From Hydrolagus colliei (Eukaryota), in assembly GCA_035084275.1 (NCBI GenBank), contig CM068755.1, positions 9,858,001 to 9,922,000 of the forward strand: a stretch of DNA of 64,000 bases, given 5' to 3'. The notes under the pieces are model-generated. The model ran no database searches and was not told the DNA's origin. It worked only from the letters and a program-made list of their open reading frames with translations. The translations under genes were made by a program, and so were the position numbers. Every line of letters starts with the position of its first letter. The stretch's first letter is position 1. Shown here one piece after another: positions 54,370 through 64,000 of the stretch.

Positions 54370-54675
54370 CAGTCCTGCAAGGGGTTAGAGCACTCGCCTC
54401 CGAAACGAGAGACGTGGGTTTGATTCCTGGCCAGGGCAAAATGAAATGTTGGACAAGTTTCCTTTCTCCACAAGCCTCCGTTTACCTAGCAGTAAGTAGG
54501 AACCCGGTTGTGAGTCGATTAGCGGATCACTTTTTCGGGGGGGAAAGGTTCCTTTAATAATAACAACCAAATTTATAATAAATTGGTTATTTAAACCACA
54601 AATGTTTGTGGGTCTCTGCTGTGTGCGATTAGCTACCGTGTTTTAGCCACAAAATCTACAAGACATGATAAGATA
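54370..54675 (+). mobile_element. Diverged copy of the tRNA-derived SINE
   Basis: Head GGTTAGAGCACTCGCC...GGTTTGATTCC; body CCTCCGTTTACCTAGCAGTAAGTAGG; decayed 3' part. Confidence 0.8.
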
Positions 54676-54678
54676 TCC

Positions 54679-54971
54679 TGTAGATTCCTGTAGCTCAGTG
54701 GTTAGAGCACTCGCCTTACAAACAAGTAGACCTGGGTTCAATTCCAGGCAGGGTGAAACCTTGGGTAAATTTCCTTACTCCACACTCCCAATAATAATCC
54801 CTCCGAAAAAATTGGTGACTTCAATCCACGACTGTTTGTGGGACACCGCTGTGCGCAATTGGCTGCCGCGTGTCGCCCACAGTCACTTCACTTTACAGTA
54901 TATTCTGTGAAGCACTTTTGAGATGTCTAGAAGATGTGAAGAGCGCTACATCAAATGCAAGGATTATTATT
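54679..54971 (+). mobile_element. Full-length tRNA-derived SINE
   Basis: A box TAGCTCAGTGG, B box GGTTCAATTCC; same body and (TTA)n tail as the 53600 copy. Confidence 0.9.
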
Positions 54972-55059
54972 ACATATCAAATGTAAGGATTGTGTTATTA
55001 TAATATATCAAATGTAAGTACAGTATAGTGTATTACTACTGTGATGCCAGACTATTCCG

Positions 55060-55335
55060 AGGGATAGGGTTTAATTTCCCCGCAGCTGCTGAGCTGCTCT
55101 GGTGCTGTAGGTGGCGCTGTGTTGCGGGTGTGCTGTTGTGAGCGGGCGGACCGTTCCTCGCCGGCCCCGCTGTTCCCGGGGATGTGTTTTGCCGCTGCAC
55201 AGCTCGAGGGCCATGTCGTGGTGAGGACCGTTGCTCCCGAGGCCCGCGCGGGGGCTGTGAGCTCCAAACAAACCCCAGGCACCCACCCACTCCCCACAGC
55301 GGGGCAGGCCCATCTCTGGGGGCTGAGCTCGCCGG
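55060..55335 (+). promoter_or_regulatory. CpG-island promoter / first exon region of ICE2
   Basis: Sharp local rise in GC and CpG density with a GC box (GGGCGG at 55144), directly upstream of the ICE2 exons. Confidence 0.75.
55213..55220 (+). CDS. ICE2: ICE2 putative first coding segment (M-S-W, codon split TG|G)
   Basis: gccATGTCGTG|gtgagg. The phase-2 join to 56139 gives MSWDCAPKNG, matching the human ICE2 motif WDISPKNG. Confidence 0.65.
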
Positions 55336-55382
55336 GTCTAACAGGGGCTTTGGTGGGCACGGGGTGGGCGGAGAGGTGATGT

Positions 55383-55778
55383 GGGGTAGGCATCTGTGGG
55401 GGTCAGGGGTAGGCATCTGTGGGTCAGGGGTAGGCATCTGTGGGGGTCAGGGGTAGGTAGGCATCTGTGGGGGTCAGGGGTAGGTAGGCATCTGTGGGGG
55501 TCAGGGGTAGGCATCTGTGGGGGTCAGGGGTAGGCATCTGTGGGGGTCAGGGGTAGGCATCTGTGGGTCAGGGGTAGGCATCTGTGGGGGTCAGGGGTAG
55601 GTAGGCATCTGTGGGGGTCAGGGGTAGGTAGGCATCTGTGGGGGTCAGGGGTAGGTAGGCATCTGTGGGGGTCAGGGGTAGGTAGGCATCTGTGGGGGTC
55701 AGGGGTAGGCATCTGTGGGGGTCAGGGGTAGGCATCTGTGGGGGTCAGGGGTAGGCATCTGTGGGGGTCAGGGGTAGG
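55383..55778 (+). repeat. G-rich minisatellite, 16 units of 21/23/27 bp (GGGGTAGG[TAGG]CATCTGTGGG[GG]TCA)
   Basis: Units counted directly; lies in ICE2 intron 1. Confidence 0.97.
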
Positions 55779-55899
55779 TTGACGAGGGGGTCTGATGTGT
55801 GGGGAAGCTCTTGGGTGGGAGGGGGAAGTATAGGTGCCCATCTTGACTTGGAGGGAGGGTTTGTCCCTGCCGTGATGGTGCCATTATCAAGTGATCAAT

Positions 55900-55998
55900 A
55901 GATATATAGTCAATTCACTTTACAGTATATTCTGTGAAGCGCTTTGAGACGCCTCGACGACGTGATAAGGTGCCATATCAAATGCAAGGGTTATTATT
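55900..55998 (+). mobile_element. SINE 3' tail fragment, ICE2 intron 1
   Basis: GTCAATTCACTTTACAGTATATTCTGTGAAGCGCTTTGAGACG...AATGCAAGGGTTATTA. Confidence 0.8.
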
Positions 55999-56138
55999 TC
56001 CCCTCCTTTTGTCAGCCAGACAAGCACCTCCTTCTGTGGGTACCGGGGAATCTGGGCTTAGAGACGTCTTTAATAGATTGAGCTAAATTTGTGCGTGTTT
56101 GGGATTGATATTGAATTTTCTTTTTTTTTATTTAACAG

Positions 56139-56243
56139 GGATTGTGCGCCTAAAAATGGGATTGAGGAATTTTTTTCCCGTGAAATGTATGACCGCTACA
56201 CCATGTCACCAACTGTCACAGAATTATGGTCTTTACCCAAAAG
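56139..56243 (+). CDS. ICE2: ICE2 (NARG2, little elongation complex subunit 2) exon 2
   Basis: DCAPKNGIEEFFSREMYDRYTMSPTVTELWSLPKR resembles human DISPKNGLKTFFSRENYKDHSMAPSLKELRVLSNR; taacag| and |gtattg; 105 nt. Confidence 0.9.
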
Positions 56244-57292
56244 GTATTGCAGTATTTATACCATCCTCTAGTTTACTAAAGGATTATTCATTCTCATGCT
56301 TTCTCTTTATAATAATGGAAGTGCATCCCGTAGCACTCGCGCCTTTGAAGCAGACAATTTTGGAAACTAGACAACCAGTTTGTGCATGTGCAATTACTTC
56401 CTGACCACAAGCCTTCCCGAAAGCTTTGAGAAAGACTTGTCCAAGTCAGCAATGTTGTCAAATGCAAGGATTTGTATGATGTGAAGATTGCATTGGTACA
56501 TTGCTGAGGAGGGAGATCTGAAAGCTCAATCTGGTTAAGAGAGGGTGTGAGGAAGGCTAGTTTGGGAGATGGAAGATATCAAACTGGTGTGGCAGTGGTT
56601 CTCCGATTTGGGGGTTAAGTGACGTTATTGGGGCTAAAGCTTTACTGTGCATATAGTATACCTGGCCCGAGAGAGCCATTCATTCAACGTCTCAAGATTA
56701 GTTCCCTGACATTGGACAAACCATAATTCAGACCGAGAGTGCTATCGAATGCACAAGGCTGATGCCTAAAGAGACAGGAAACCCGGTTTCAAAGTACAGT
56801 TTCTTGTCAATGTATAATTTACAATCAAACCTGTCTTCACTAACGTCTCGAGGGACTGGGCCAAAGTGGACTTTAAATAAGGGTGGCCTCTGAGTAAGGT
56901 TTGCTGATGTATCAACATGGCTGATTTGACTGAGCCAGGGCGGTTGCTGAATAATTGTTGGTGCTTTAAGTGCTCTGGGACTCTTCCCCTTCGTGAAGTG
57001 CACTATATAAATACAAGTTGTTGTTGAATGCTGGTGGTCGCTTGAACAGTATTTGTAAATATGTCTTGACTACAAAGCCTCTAAAGCTTTACCAACCTAT
57101 CTTTATCTTCTGCTCTGCAGGTACTGTCCTGCTTCATGTCCTCTGCGCGTTTGCAAACACTTTATTGCCTGAGCATCCTGGGACATCCTTCCCATGTGAA
57201 ATTTCTCTATAAATACAATTTGTTGTTGTTGTTAATATGATCAGAATTTTGCAGCAATGCTTTTACACACTTGACGCATTTCTTCCTGTCAG

Positions 57293-57566
57293 GCAAAGGG
57301 TGGAAAATGAGACTTCAAGCTCCTCACAGCCGCAGCTGTTGCCAGTTGAGAGCTCCAGCCAGGCACCTGATCCAGCACCAGCAAAGAAGAACAACAACAA
57401 CTGTGCTTCATTTACTTTCCCAGAACCCAGGGTCCCATATCCACGCTTATCCAGGCTGGAATATTGGGAACAAAATAGATATGTATCCTTAATGAAAAAA
57501 TTTAAGAATGGATACACATATATGAATCATATAGCTAAGAATGATGGAGACTTTGTTCAGTTCACG
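57293..57566 (+). CDS. ICE2: ICE2 exon 3
   Basis: Contains PEPRVPYPRLSRLEYWEQNRYVSL, resembling human PKPRVPYPRFSRFSQREQRSYVDL; tgtcag| and |gtgagt; 274 nt. Confidence 0.92.
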
Positions 57567-57739
57567 GTGAGTAAAGTGGAAAAGCATGATTTTATAATAC
57601 AGCCCAAATAACCACATTCAATCTACAATACTGGTCAATATTATTATTATGATAATATCTGACCAAGAGCTTGATCAGCAAGAAGCACCATCCAAATGTA
57701 CCAAACTACGCAACCCCCTCCCTCCACACACACTATAAG

Positions 57740-58085
57740 TGTGGAGTCCTGGAGCTTAATGGTTAGAGTACTCGCCTCGCAAGCAAGAAACCTAGGTTCA
57801 ATTCCCGGCAGGGCTAAATATTGGGTATGTTTCCTTACTCTTCATGCCTCTGTTTACCTAGCAGTAAGTAGGATCTGGTTTTAATCAATTGGCGGATTGC
57901 TTTTCTGGGGGTAATATATATTTTTAAAATTTGATAATTCAATCTGCAACGTTCATAGGACATTACTGTGCGCAATTGTATTTCGCCCTTAAAATATACT
58001 GACAATTCACTTTACTATATTAAGTGGTTTGAGATGTCTTAAAAATGTGATAAGGCATTATCAAATGCAAGGTATTATTTATTAT
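57740..58085 (+). mobile_element. Full-length tRNA-derived SINE in ICE2 intron 3
   Basis: Starts TGTGGAGTCCTG; B box GGTTCAATTCC; body TGCCTCTGTTTACCTAGCAGTAAGTAGG; tail CAAATGCAAGGTATTATT. Confidence 0.88.
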
Positions 58086-58171
58086 ACGTGTGTAAGCCCC
58101 ATATTAAGTAATTAATTTCCAGTCCCTAATGTGCACAAGCAAGAATGATAATGCAGAGTTGTCTCTTACAG

Positions 58172-58291
58172 GAACTGAAGAAAATAGTCTGTATTGAAAC
58201 AGCAGAATTCATGAACTATCTGCAGAATGTTGCCAGAATGTGTGCTGAGGACTACGATTTCATTATTCCTGACTCACTCCGCTACGTTGAG
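58172..58291 (+). CDS. ICE2: ICE2 exon 4
   Basis: ELKKIVCIETAEFMNYLQNVARMCAEDYDFIIPDSLRYVE resembles human DMKKHVNEEVTEFLKFLQNSAKKCAQDY; ttacag| and |gtattt; 120 nt. Confidence 0.92.
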
Positions 58292-59183
58292 GTATTTGCT
58301 CTGCACGTTTACATTGGGGGAAGGTACTGTATTACCTCTTCGTTTTTTGTAAGCTTGAATCCCAGATTGAAAGAAAAAGACTGGCCGAAGTATCCATTTC
58401 CTGGATCACAACTCGCTGATTTTTCAACACCGTTTTCACCTCTGACTTGTATACAGACTCTATATTTATGCTAAAGTAAGGTTTGGATTTCAGGAAAAAT
58501 ACAACAACACATTGCATTGATATAGCTCCTTTCTCATCGGGAGGATATCCAAGGCATTGAAAATATTGCAATTGCATTTGCAACTCTATTGAAACTCCCT
58601 TTTGTTGACTTCATTGACTTCCAGAAAGTTTTTTGATCTTTTAAATAAATGAGAAGCTATTGGACGTATAGTGGAATCCGAGATATCAGCTGTAATGTGT
58701 CCTCACTCCATCTCCAATGGTTAATGTCTGTTCCAATTGAAAGAGGAATGGGTATTCTCAACCAAATGATTAATTCATCAACTGTCTTGTCAGATGGCAT
58801 TGAAAAGGAGTTCTTTTGGGAATGTCTGTTAGGACAGCATAGTGATAGCCCATGTAGTTCACTGACACCCGCAGTTCCTATGAGTTCCTGAAAAACATGT
58901 GCAATCTACCTCTGAAAGAGCTGAGTGTGTTTAACAACAAGCTATTTCTGTTCTGCTGTTTAATATTCATTAAAATGAGTTGATCATCATAATTATTTCC
59001 CCCTTGCATATAATGCTGTATCAGAAATTTGCATGTGGTTTCTTGTCTTATAGGAACAAATGAAACGGCACTACTGAAAAGTGGATTTATCTGCGCTAGG
59101 GTGTTTATCTGTTCACTCTCATTTGAATATTAAATACCAGAATACTATCTAACATTCACTTATTCACTTCACTTTGTTTATAG

Positions 59184-59318
59184 GATGTTTTAAGAGAATG
59201 GAGTAACGCTGTGAAGAGATATCCACAGTATTATTGTGTACAAGATATTACAAGCATTATGGGAGGCAAATTCATCCCAGATCTCGAGTTCAAATTGGAA
59301 AAGAATCTATTCAGCATG
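59184..59318 (+). CDS. ICE2: ICE2 exon 5
   Basis: DVLREWSNAVKRYPQYYCVQDITSIMGGKFIPDLEFKLEKNLFSM; VKKY, TSLMG and KLEK motifs recognisable; ttatag| and |gtcagt; 135 nt. Confidence 0.9.
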
Positions 59319-59592
59319 GTCAGTTTCACCTACAAAATATACAAACAGTGCATTTAAGTAATGATAAGCCTAATGACCTCATCTATTGCTTTACATAATT
59401 TATCATGATATTGTCTTATCAGTGATATTAAGAAATGTATTGCTCTATGCCATTTGCAAGAACGTGAGATGTCTCATGTAATTGAATAATATGTATTTGC
59501 AGGTTGTGATTTTTGTACAGATCCTCTGATTGAAACATGAATTCAGTCTTCAGAGGTTACTGATTGATTCATTTGTGTTTTCTGATTTTCAG

Positions 59593-59715
59593 GGGAAGAG
59601 TGGCTTTTTGAAGTTGCCAGTTTCAAGATTTCCGTTCAAGATTGCGTTATCAACAGAATACAAACACGTTTCTTCTTTTGCTTCACCCAAGGAAAGGGAT
59701 TGTATTGTGAACTCT
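59593..59715 (+). CDS. ICE2: ICE2 exon 6
   Basis: GKSGFLKLPVSRFPFKIALSTEYKHVSSFASPKERDCIVNS; tttcag| and |gtaagt; 123 nt, phase 0/0 fits both neighbours. Confidence 0.85.
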
Positions 59716-60132
59716 GTAAGTCTTGTGTTGACGTAATGGAGGCTACAGTGTTCTGCAAGCTGCTATAGAAATAGTACATTACATCCACATTGTTACCAAG
59801 GGGTTTATTTTGATTATTAGATTTGATTTAAATGGAAGATGGTAACATGACTTGTTTCACTTATTTCAATAGATTTCAATAGATTTTGATGATTACATTG
59901 CAGCGGGTCTCTGAAGTATTTGAGTTGAATTTATTGACTGACTGTTTCCATGTACTCTTTACTCATTATTATTATTATTGGATTATAACTCTCCATAAAG
60001 CCCATATCTGTCGAAGGTTGAAACATTGCTTTCTTGTCTAGCAGTTGCTCTATTTGTCTCATACTTTTGTAGAGATTCAAGAAAAGGTTTGTTGTTGCTT
60101 TCTTGGGCACAACAACATTCTTTTCTTCGATG

Positions 60133-60238
60133 GCGCCCACAAAATATACAGTCAATTCACAGTATATTCTGTAAAGCGCTTTGAGACGTCTCAAAGACAT
60201 GATAATGCGATATATAAAATGCAAGGATTATTATTATT
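60133..60238 (+). mobile_element. SINE 3' tail fragment, ICE2 intron 6
   Basis: GCCCACAAAATATACAGTCAATTCACAGTATATTCTGTAAAGCGCTTTGAGACG...GCAAGGATTATTATT. Confidence 0.8.
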
Positions 60239-60534
60239 TTGGTTATTAGTGTGGTTAATCCTCTGCTGAACATTCCGCCTAAACTTCATATATTACATAC
60301 TATTTCTTCATCCTGGTTCTCAACCAAGTCAAAGTAAAACTAATTATATCAAGTTTGATTTAGTTGAGAACCAGACCAATTTATTGCATCATCTCGTATT
60401 ATTAATTTATTTTATTTTCTACAAAACATATTAACTCTATGCCTGTACTATGGGTACAGGTCCTCTGCCCTGATTTGTTGATATATACTCACAAAGTGTG
60501 ACTACGTACAAACATCCCTGTGCTTTTGTTTCAG

Positions 60535-60694
60535 GATATTATAAATGATAGAAATGCAGCAAAGCTTAGTGTGAAGTATGGTGCTCAGTTCTGCATGACA
60601 ACCCAGGCCTTGTATACCCTATTAAATAACCATGGGCCAAACTATACAGAGCAATGGGAGATTCCAATTCGTGTGAAAACCATCAATGACAAAG
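60535..60694 (+). CDS. ICE2: ICE2 exon 7 (gene continues beyond window)
   Basis: DIINDRNAAKLSVKYGAQFCMTTQALYTLLNNHGPNYTEQWEIPIRV resembles human TSQSLFTLLNNHGPTYKEQWEIPV; tttcag| and |gtacgt; 160 nt. Confidence 0.94.
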
Positions 60695-61930
60695 GTACGT
60701 TTTGCTGTTCAGGACTACAGACAATTTCCAGTCTGAGTTTTTTTTTAAGTCTTACCTATATTCCTCTCTACTCCTTTATAACAATCTGATTCAGGATTTA
60801 ATCTCGCATTTGCTTAAAAATCAACTTCCTAAAGTTGTACTTTTCTATTGTAAGTTCGACTTTAAATTTAATCATATTCTCTGACATTATTTCCAAAGTG
60901 CCCTTTTCATCCCCTACTTGTACATCACATAATCTGCAATATTATCATCTTTCTGATATGCTCTGCAACTATTTGGGTCCAAGAACAGTCAAGTTATGTC
61001 CAGAAACACATTGTTGCTCCTTTGCTCTCACTATAATCCTTACTCTAAAGGAACCCATAATGATCCCTGACAACCCTGATGCTTTTATTTGAGAATTCAA
61101 TTGATCCCTAATGCTCTTCTTTGAGAATTCAAATTAAAATCTAATGTTGTATGCTGTGATGTCCTATAACCTTAATTTTGCTTACATTAACTTTACATTC
61201 TTTCCACCTGGTCAGGTCCTAATCTAGATTTGTCTAACTTCATTAACTTCTTCAATGCAAACAAGTTATACACCTTCCTAATTTATCCTTTCTTTCTGTG
61301 CAAATCAATCTATAATCTTTCTAAACTGACCACCGACTTCCATCCATTACTTAGTCAAGTTTCTGTGATATCCACAATGTCATAACCTTCCTTTCTGGCT
61401 TGGATCGCAGACGAACAATTTTATTCCTAAAAATCGTGGCATTTCTTTCTGAAATGTTGAGGAATTCCTTATGCTGCTGTTCTGTGCTTTGAGGGGTACT
61501 ATATAAATGCAAGTTGTTTTTTCTGTTCATATCCCTAAACTAATATCTTTGACTATAATCGTATTGCTACTCACTTCTTTCAAAAAAATCTTTGAATCCT
61601 GTTTTTTGTTTTACTCCTTCTTGGTTTCCCAGTTTACTTTTCCTACATTTAAGTAAAAGTAGGAACAACTGATATTCCTGAATCTTAACTTGGGCTCTTC
61701 AGTTGAAAACTTTTCTTGCCAAATGTACACTGTTTAATTACGCATTTTTTAGTCATATTCTGAAGTGTTTGGGAGTTTTTTCACTAATTGTGCTATCAGT
61801 GTTTGGCCAGCAGGTGGTGCCAGATTTCTTTTAAGTTCTGAAATGGAAGCTTCTGTATTTGATGGTATTGGATGCCGAGCCATTTATTTGTACTAAATAT
61901 GTATAAATTACAATTTCTTAATCTTTAGGC

Positions 61931-62008
61931 TATTCTGTGAAGCTCTTTCAGACACCTCAATACCATGATAAGTCGCAATATCAAATGCAAGGATTATTAT
62001 TATTATTT
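61931..62008 (+). mobile_element. SINE 3' tail fragment, ICE2 intron 7
   Basis: TATTCTGTGAAGCTCTTTCAGACACC...TCAAATGCAAGGATTATTATTATT. Confidence 0.7.
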
Positions 62009-63280
62009 ACAGAACTTTATTTGATTTCAAGCTATTTGTGGTGAATAAATTAAACCTTGTTTTAATACCAAGGGTGAGGGTTGGGCTCACTATTTTGGAA
62101 ATGTAGGTTTAGAAAAGGGATAGGAGCTGTTTACCATTGTTTAGACTTTTTCCCCATCTCTCTTAAGCTTCTGTTTTACATCACTGTTCACTGGCGTAGC
62201 AGATTCATTTTGTTTTTTCTCTCCACTTTCCAATCTCCGTTTCTGTTCCAATTTAATTTAATCAACTGCGGCTGATTATTCTTTCTTCTTCAGTCTGGGC
62301 CCTTCTGCTGGTGGCAGTTAAATAATTATGAATGTTGGTTATTAATAACAATATGACATCCGATCGATAAGTGCAGCTCTTTGTTGCTGCTGTTATTGAT
62401 CAGAGTGGTGGTATTGCCAGAACAACAGTTTCATGGAAGCTTTCAGATGCTGGACAGCCCGTTCGATTGATCTTTAGGAAATGGGCGAATGTTGGGAGTT
62501 AATAGAAAGGAGAGTGAATGCTTTTTCAGGAAGCCAAATATTGCTGCCATGAAATGTAGCTCTCATCCACATATGGCTTCCCAGCTATTTATGTGTAAAA
62601 TATTACATGCATTCCTCATGAACTACAGAAGAAACCAAACATATTATTTTTGTTTCAGTCAGACAGTACGATATTGATATCACTAATAATGCAAATATTT
62701 TTGTGAACAATTTGGACTGATGTTTTAAGAGAATAACCCAAGGCTAGTGAATTGATAAACGATTCACTCACTGTAATTTTTTTTCATCTTTCTGGTTTAG
62801 TGGAATCTAGACAGTCATCTTTTGCAACCTAATTCTATCAGAGGATACAGTCAAATAGTCAGTTGGAGTAAAGGCAAATCATTGAAAATTAAGTTCTGTG
62901 CCAGTGCAATCCATCCTCTTTCATCTTGTTTATCAGTGTAATGTCTGAAGGGCTTCTAGTTCATCATTTAATTCAAATTTTTTACTTTTAATTATTGCAT
63001 TATAATTAGAAGGACTGTGATAATCCAATTTAAGTCCTTGAAATAGTGAAGGGTAGTTAGGGTAGATAATTGATAAGGTATATCGTTCCCCCCTCTGATA
63101 GACAAATCCAACCCAATCGAATATTTTTAAAATTATAACTAAACAAAACCAGAAAACAGTTCTTAGCATTGCAACTGTCTGGAAACACTTGTGAGAGGAG
63201 TTACTGACTTCCTGTGCACATGTACATATAGTAATCAGGAAGTGACTTAAACCACAGCCACCACATACTCACACACTATT

Positions 63281-63642
63281 ATAATAATAATATCCCTGCA
63301 TTTGGTATAGTACTTTTATCAAGTCTTTGAACGACTCCAACGCTTCACAGCATATACAATAACGTGAATTAAGTGTATATTGAGGGCATAACCAGTAGCC
63401 AATGGCGCACAGCAGTGTCTCATGAACAGTCGTGGATTGAATGATTAAATGATTTAAATTTTTTTTAAGGTATTATTACCCTTGCAACAGAGATCCGCCA
63501 ATTGACATAACAACTATTGTTTGGTAAACAGAGGCATGTGGAGTAAGGAAACTTGCCCAACGTTTTGCTCTGCCAGGAATTAAACCCAGGTCCTCTCGCT
63601 TGCGAGGCGAGTGCTCTAACCACTAAGCTAAAAGTCTCCACA
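63281..63642 (-). mobile_element. Full-length tRNA-derived SINE in ICE2 intron 7
   Basis: Reverse-complement copy of the same family, from (TAA)n tail to head ...GTCTCCACA. Confidence 0.88.
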
Positions 63643-64000
63643 GCATGCATCCATACATCGATACACACAGATGTACAAATTTACTATTCAGAGAATGTGG
63701 GTGTGTATTATTGATAGGAGAGTTTTGAGATGTGTGTGTGTGTGTGTAAAAAAAAGAAGCAAGTTTGGTTGTTTATTGATCAGTTCCCACAGTTTGATTT
63801 TAAGCTAAGAAGCTGCTTTGAATTACCAGCTGGGATGCTTCAACACATAGCCCTTTCCAACATAAACAAATCAGCTATGCAGACTGAAGTTTGAACATTT
63901 TGTATTGAGTGCTATTCTTTGTGTTCAGCGCAGATTTTTTTCATATTCTCGGTATTGTGGTACGATCCAATGCATTTATTTTGGCACAGGCAAGTTCAAA

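Noticed and set aside
55383-55778. CRISPR-like array or PTPDPHRCL repeat protein
   Set aside because: Head-to-tail tandem units with no unique spacers, in a vertebrate intron; the ORFs are artefacts of the repeat.
56016-56039. Possible 24-nt extra ICE2 exon
   Set aside because: Weak donor (gtaccg), and inclusion would destroy the conserved W-D junction.

Overview
Vertebrate genomic DNA. The repeat content (Deu-type SINEs, CR1/L2 fragments, a Penelope-type hairpin) suggests a cartilaginous fish, possibly a chimaera; this is inference. The window holds a complete 10-exon RORA gene on the + strand. It is the RORalpha4-type isoform: CDS 492..47285, 468 aa, all introns GT-AG and in frame, with an inferred 3'UTR of about 5.5 kb. 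The first 7 coding exons of ICE2/NARG2 follow on the same strand and the gene runs off the window; this matches the RORA-ICE2 order known from human. Introns carry tRNA-headed SINEs, L2 and CR1 remnants, a Tigger-like MITE pair and microsatellites. The most notable items are: (1) a TSD-flanked element with 75-bp inverted arms whose loop is a minimal Penelope-type hammerhead ribozyme, in sense orientation in RORA intron 3; (2) dense miR-17~92 and miR-137 seed sites in the RORA 3'UTR; (3) an apparently chimeric CORE+Deu SINE; (4) a G-rich higher-order minisatellite in ICE2 intron 1; (5) candidate uORFs in both genes; (6) an exact template-switch mutation scar. Nearly all ORFs in the supplied track are spurious. 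Protein and repeat family assignments come from recalled sequences, not from searches.
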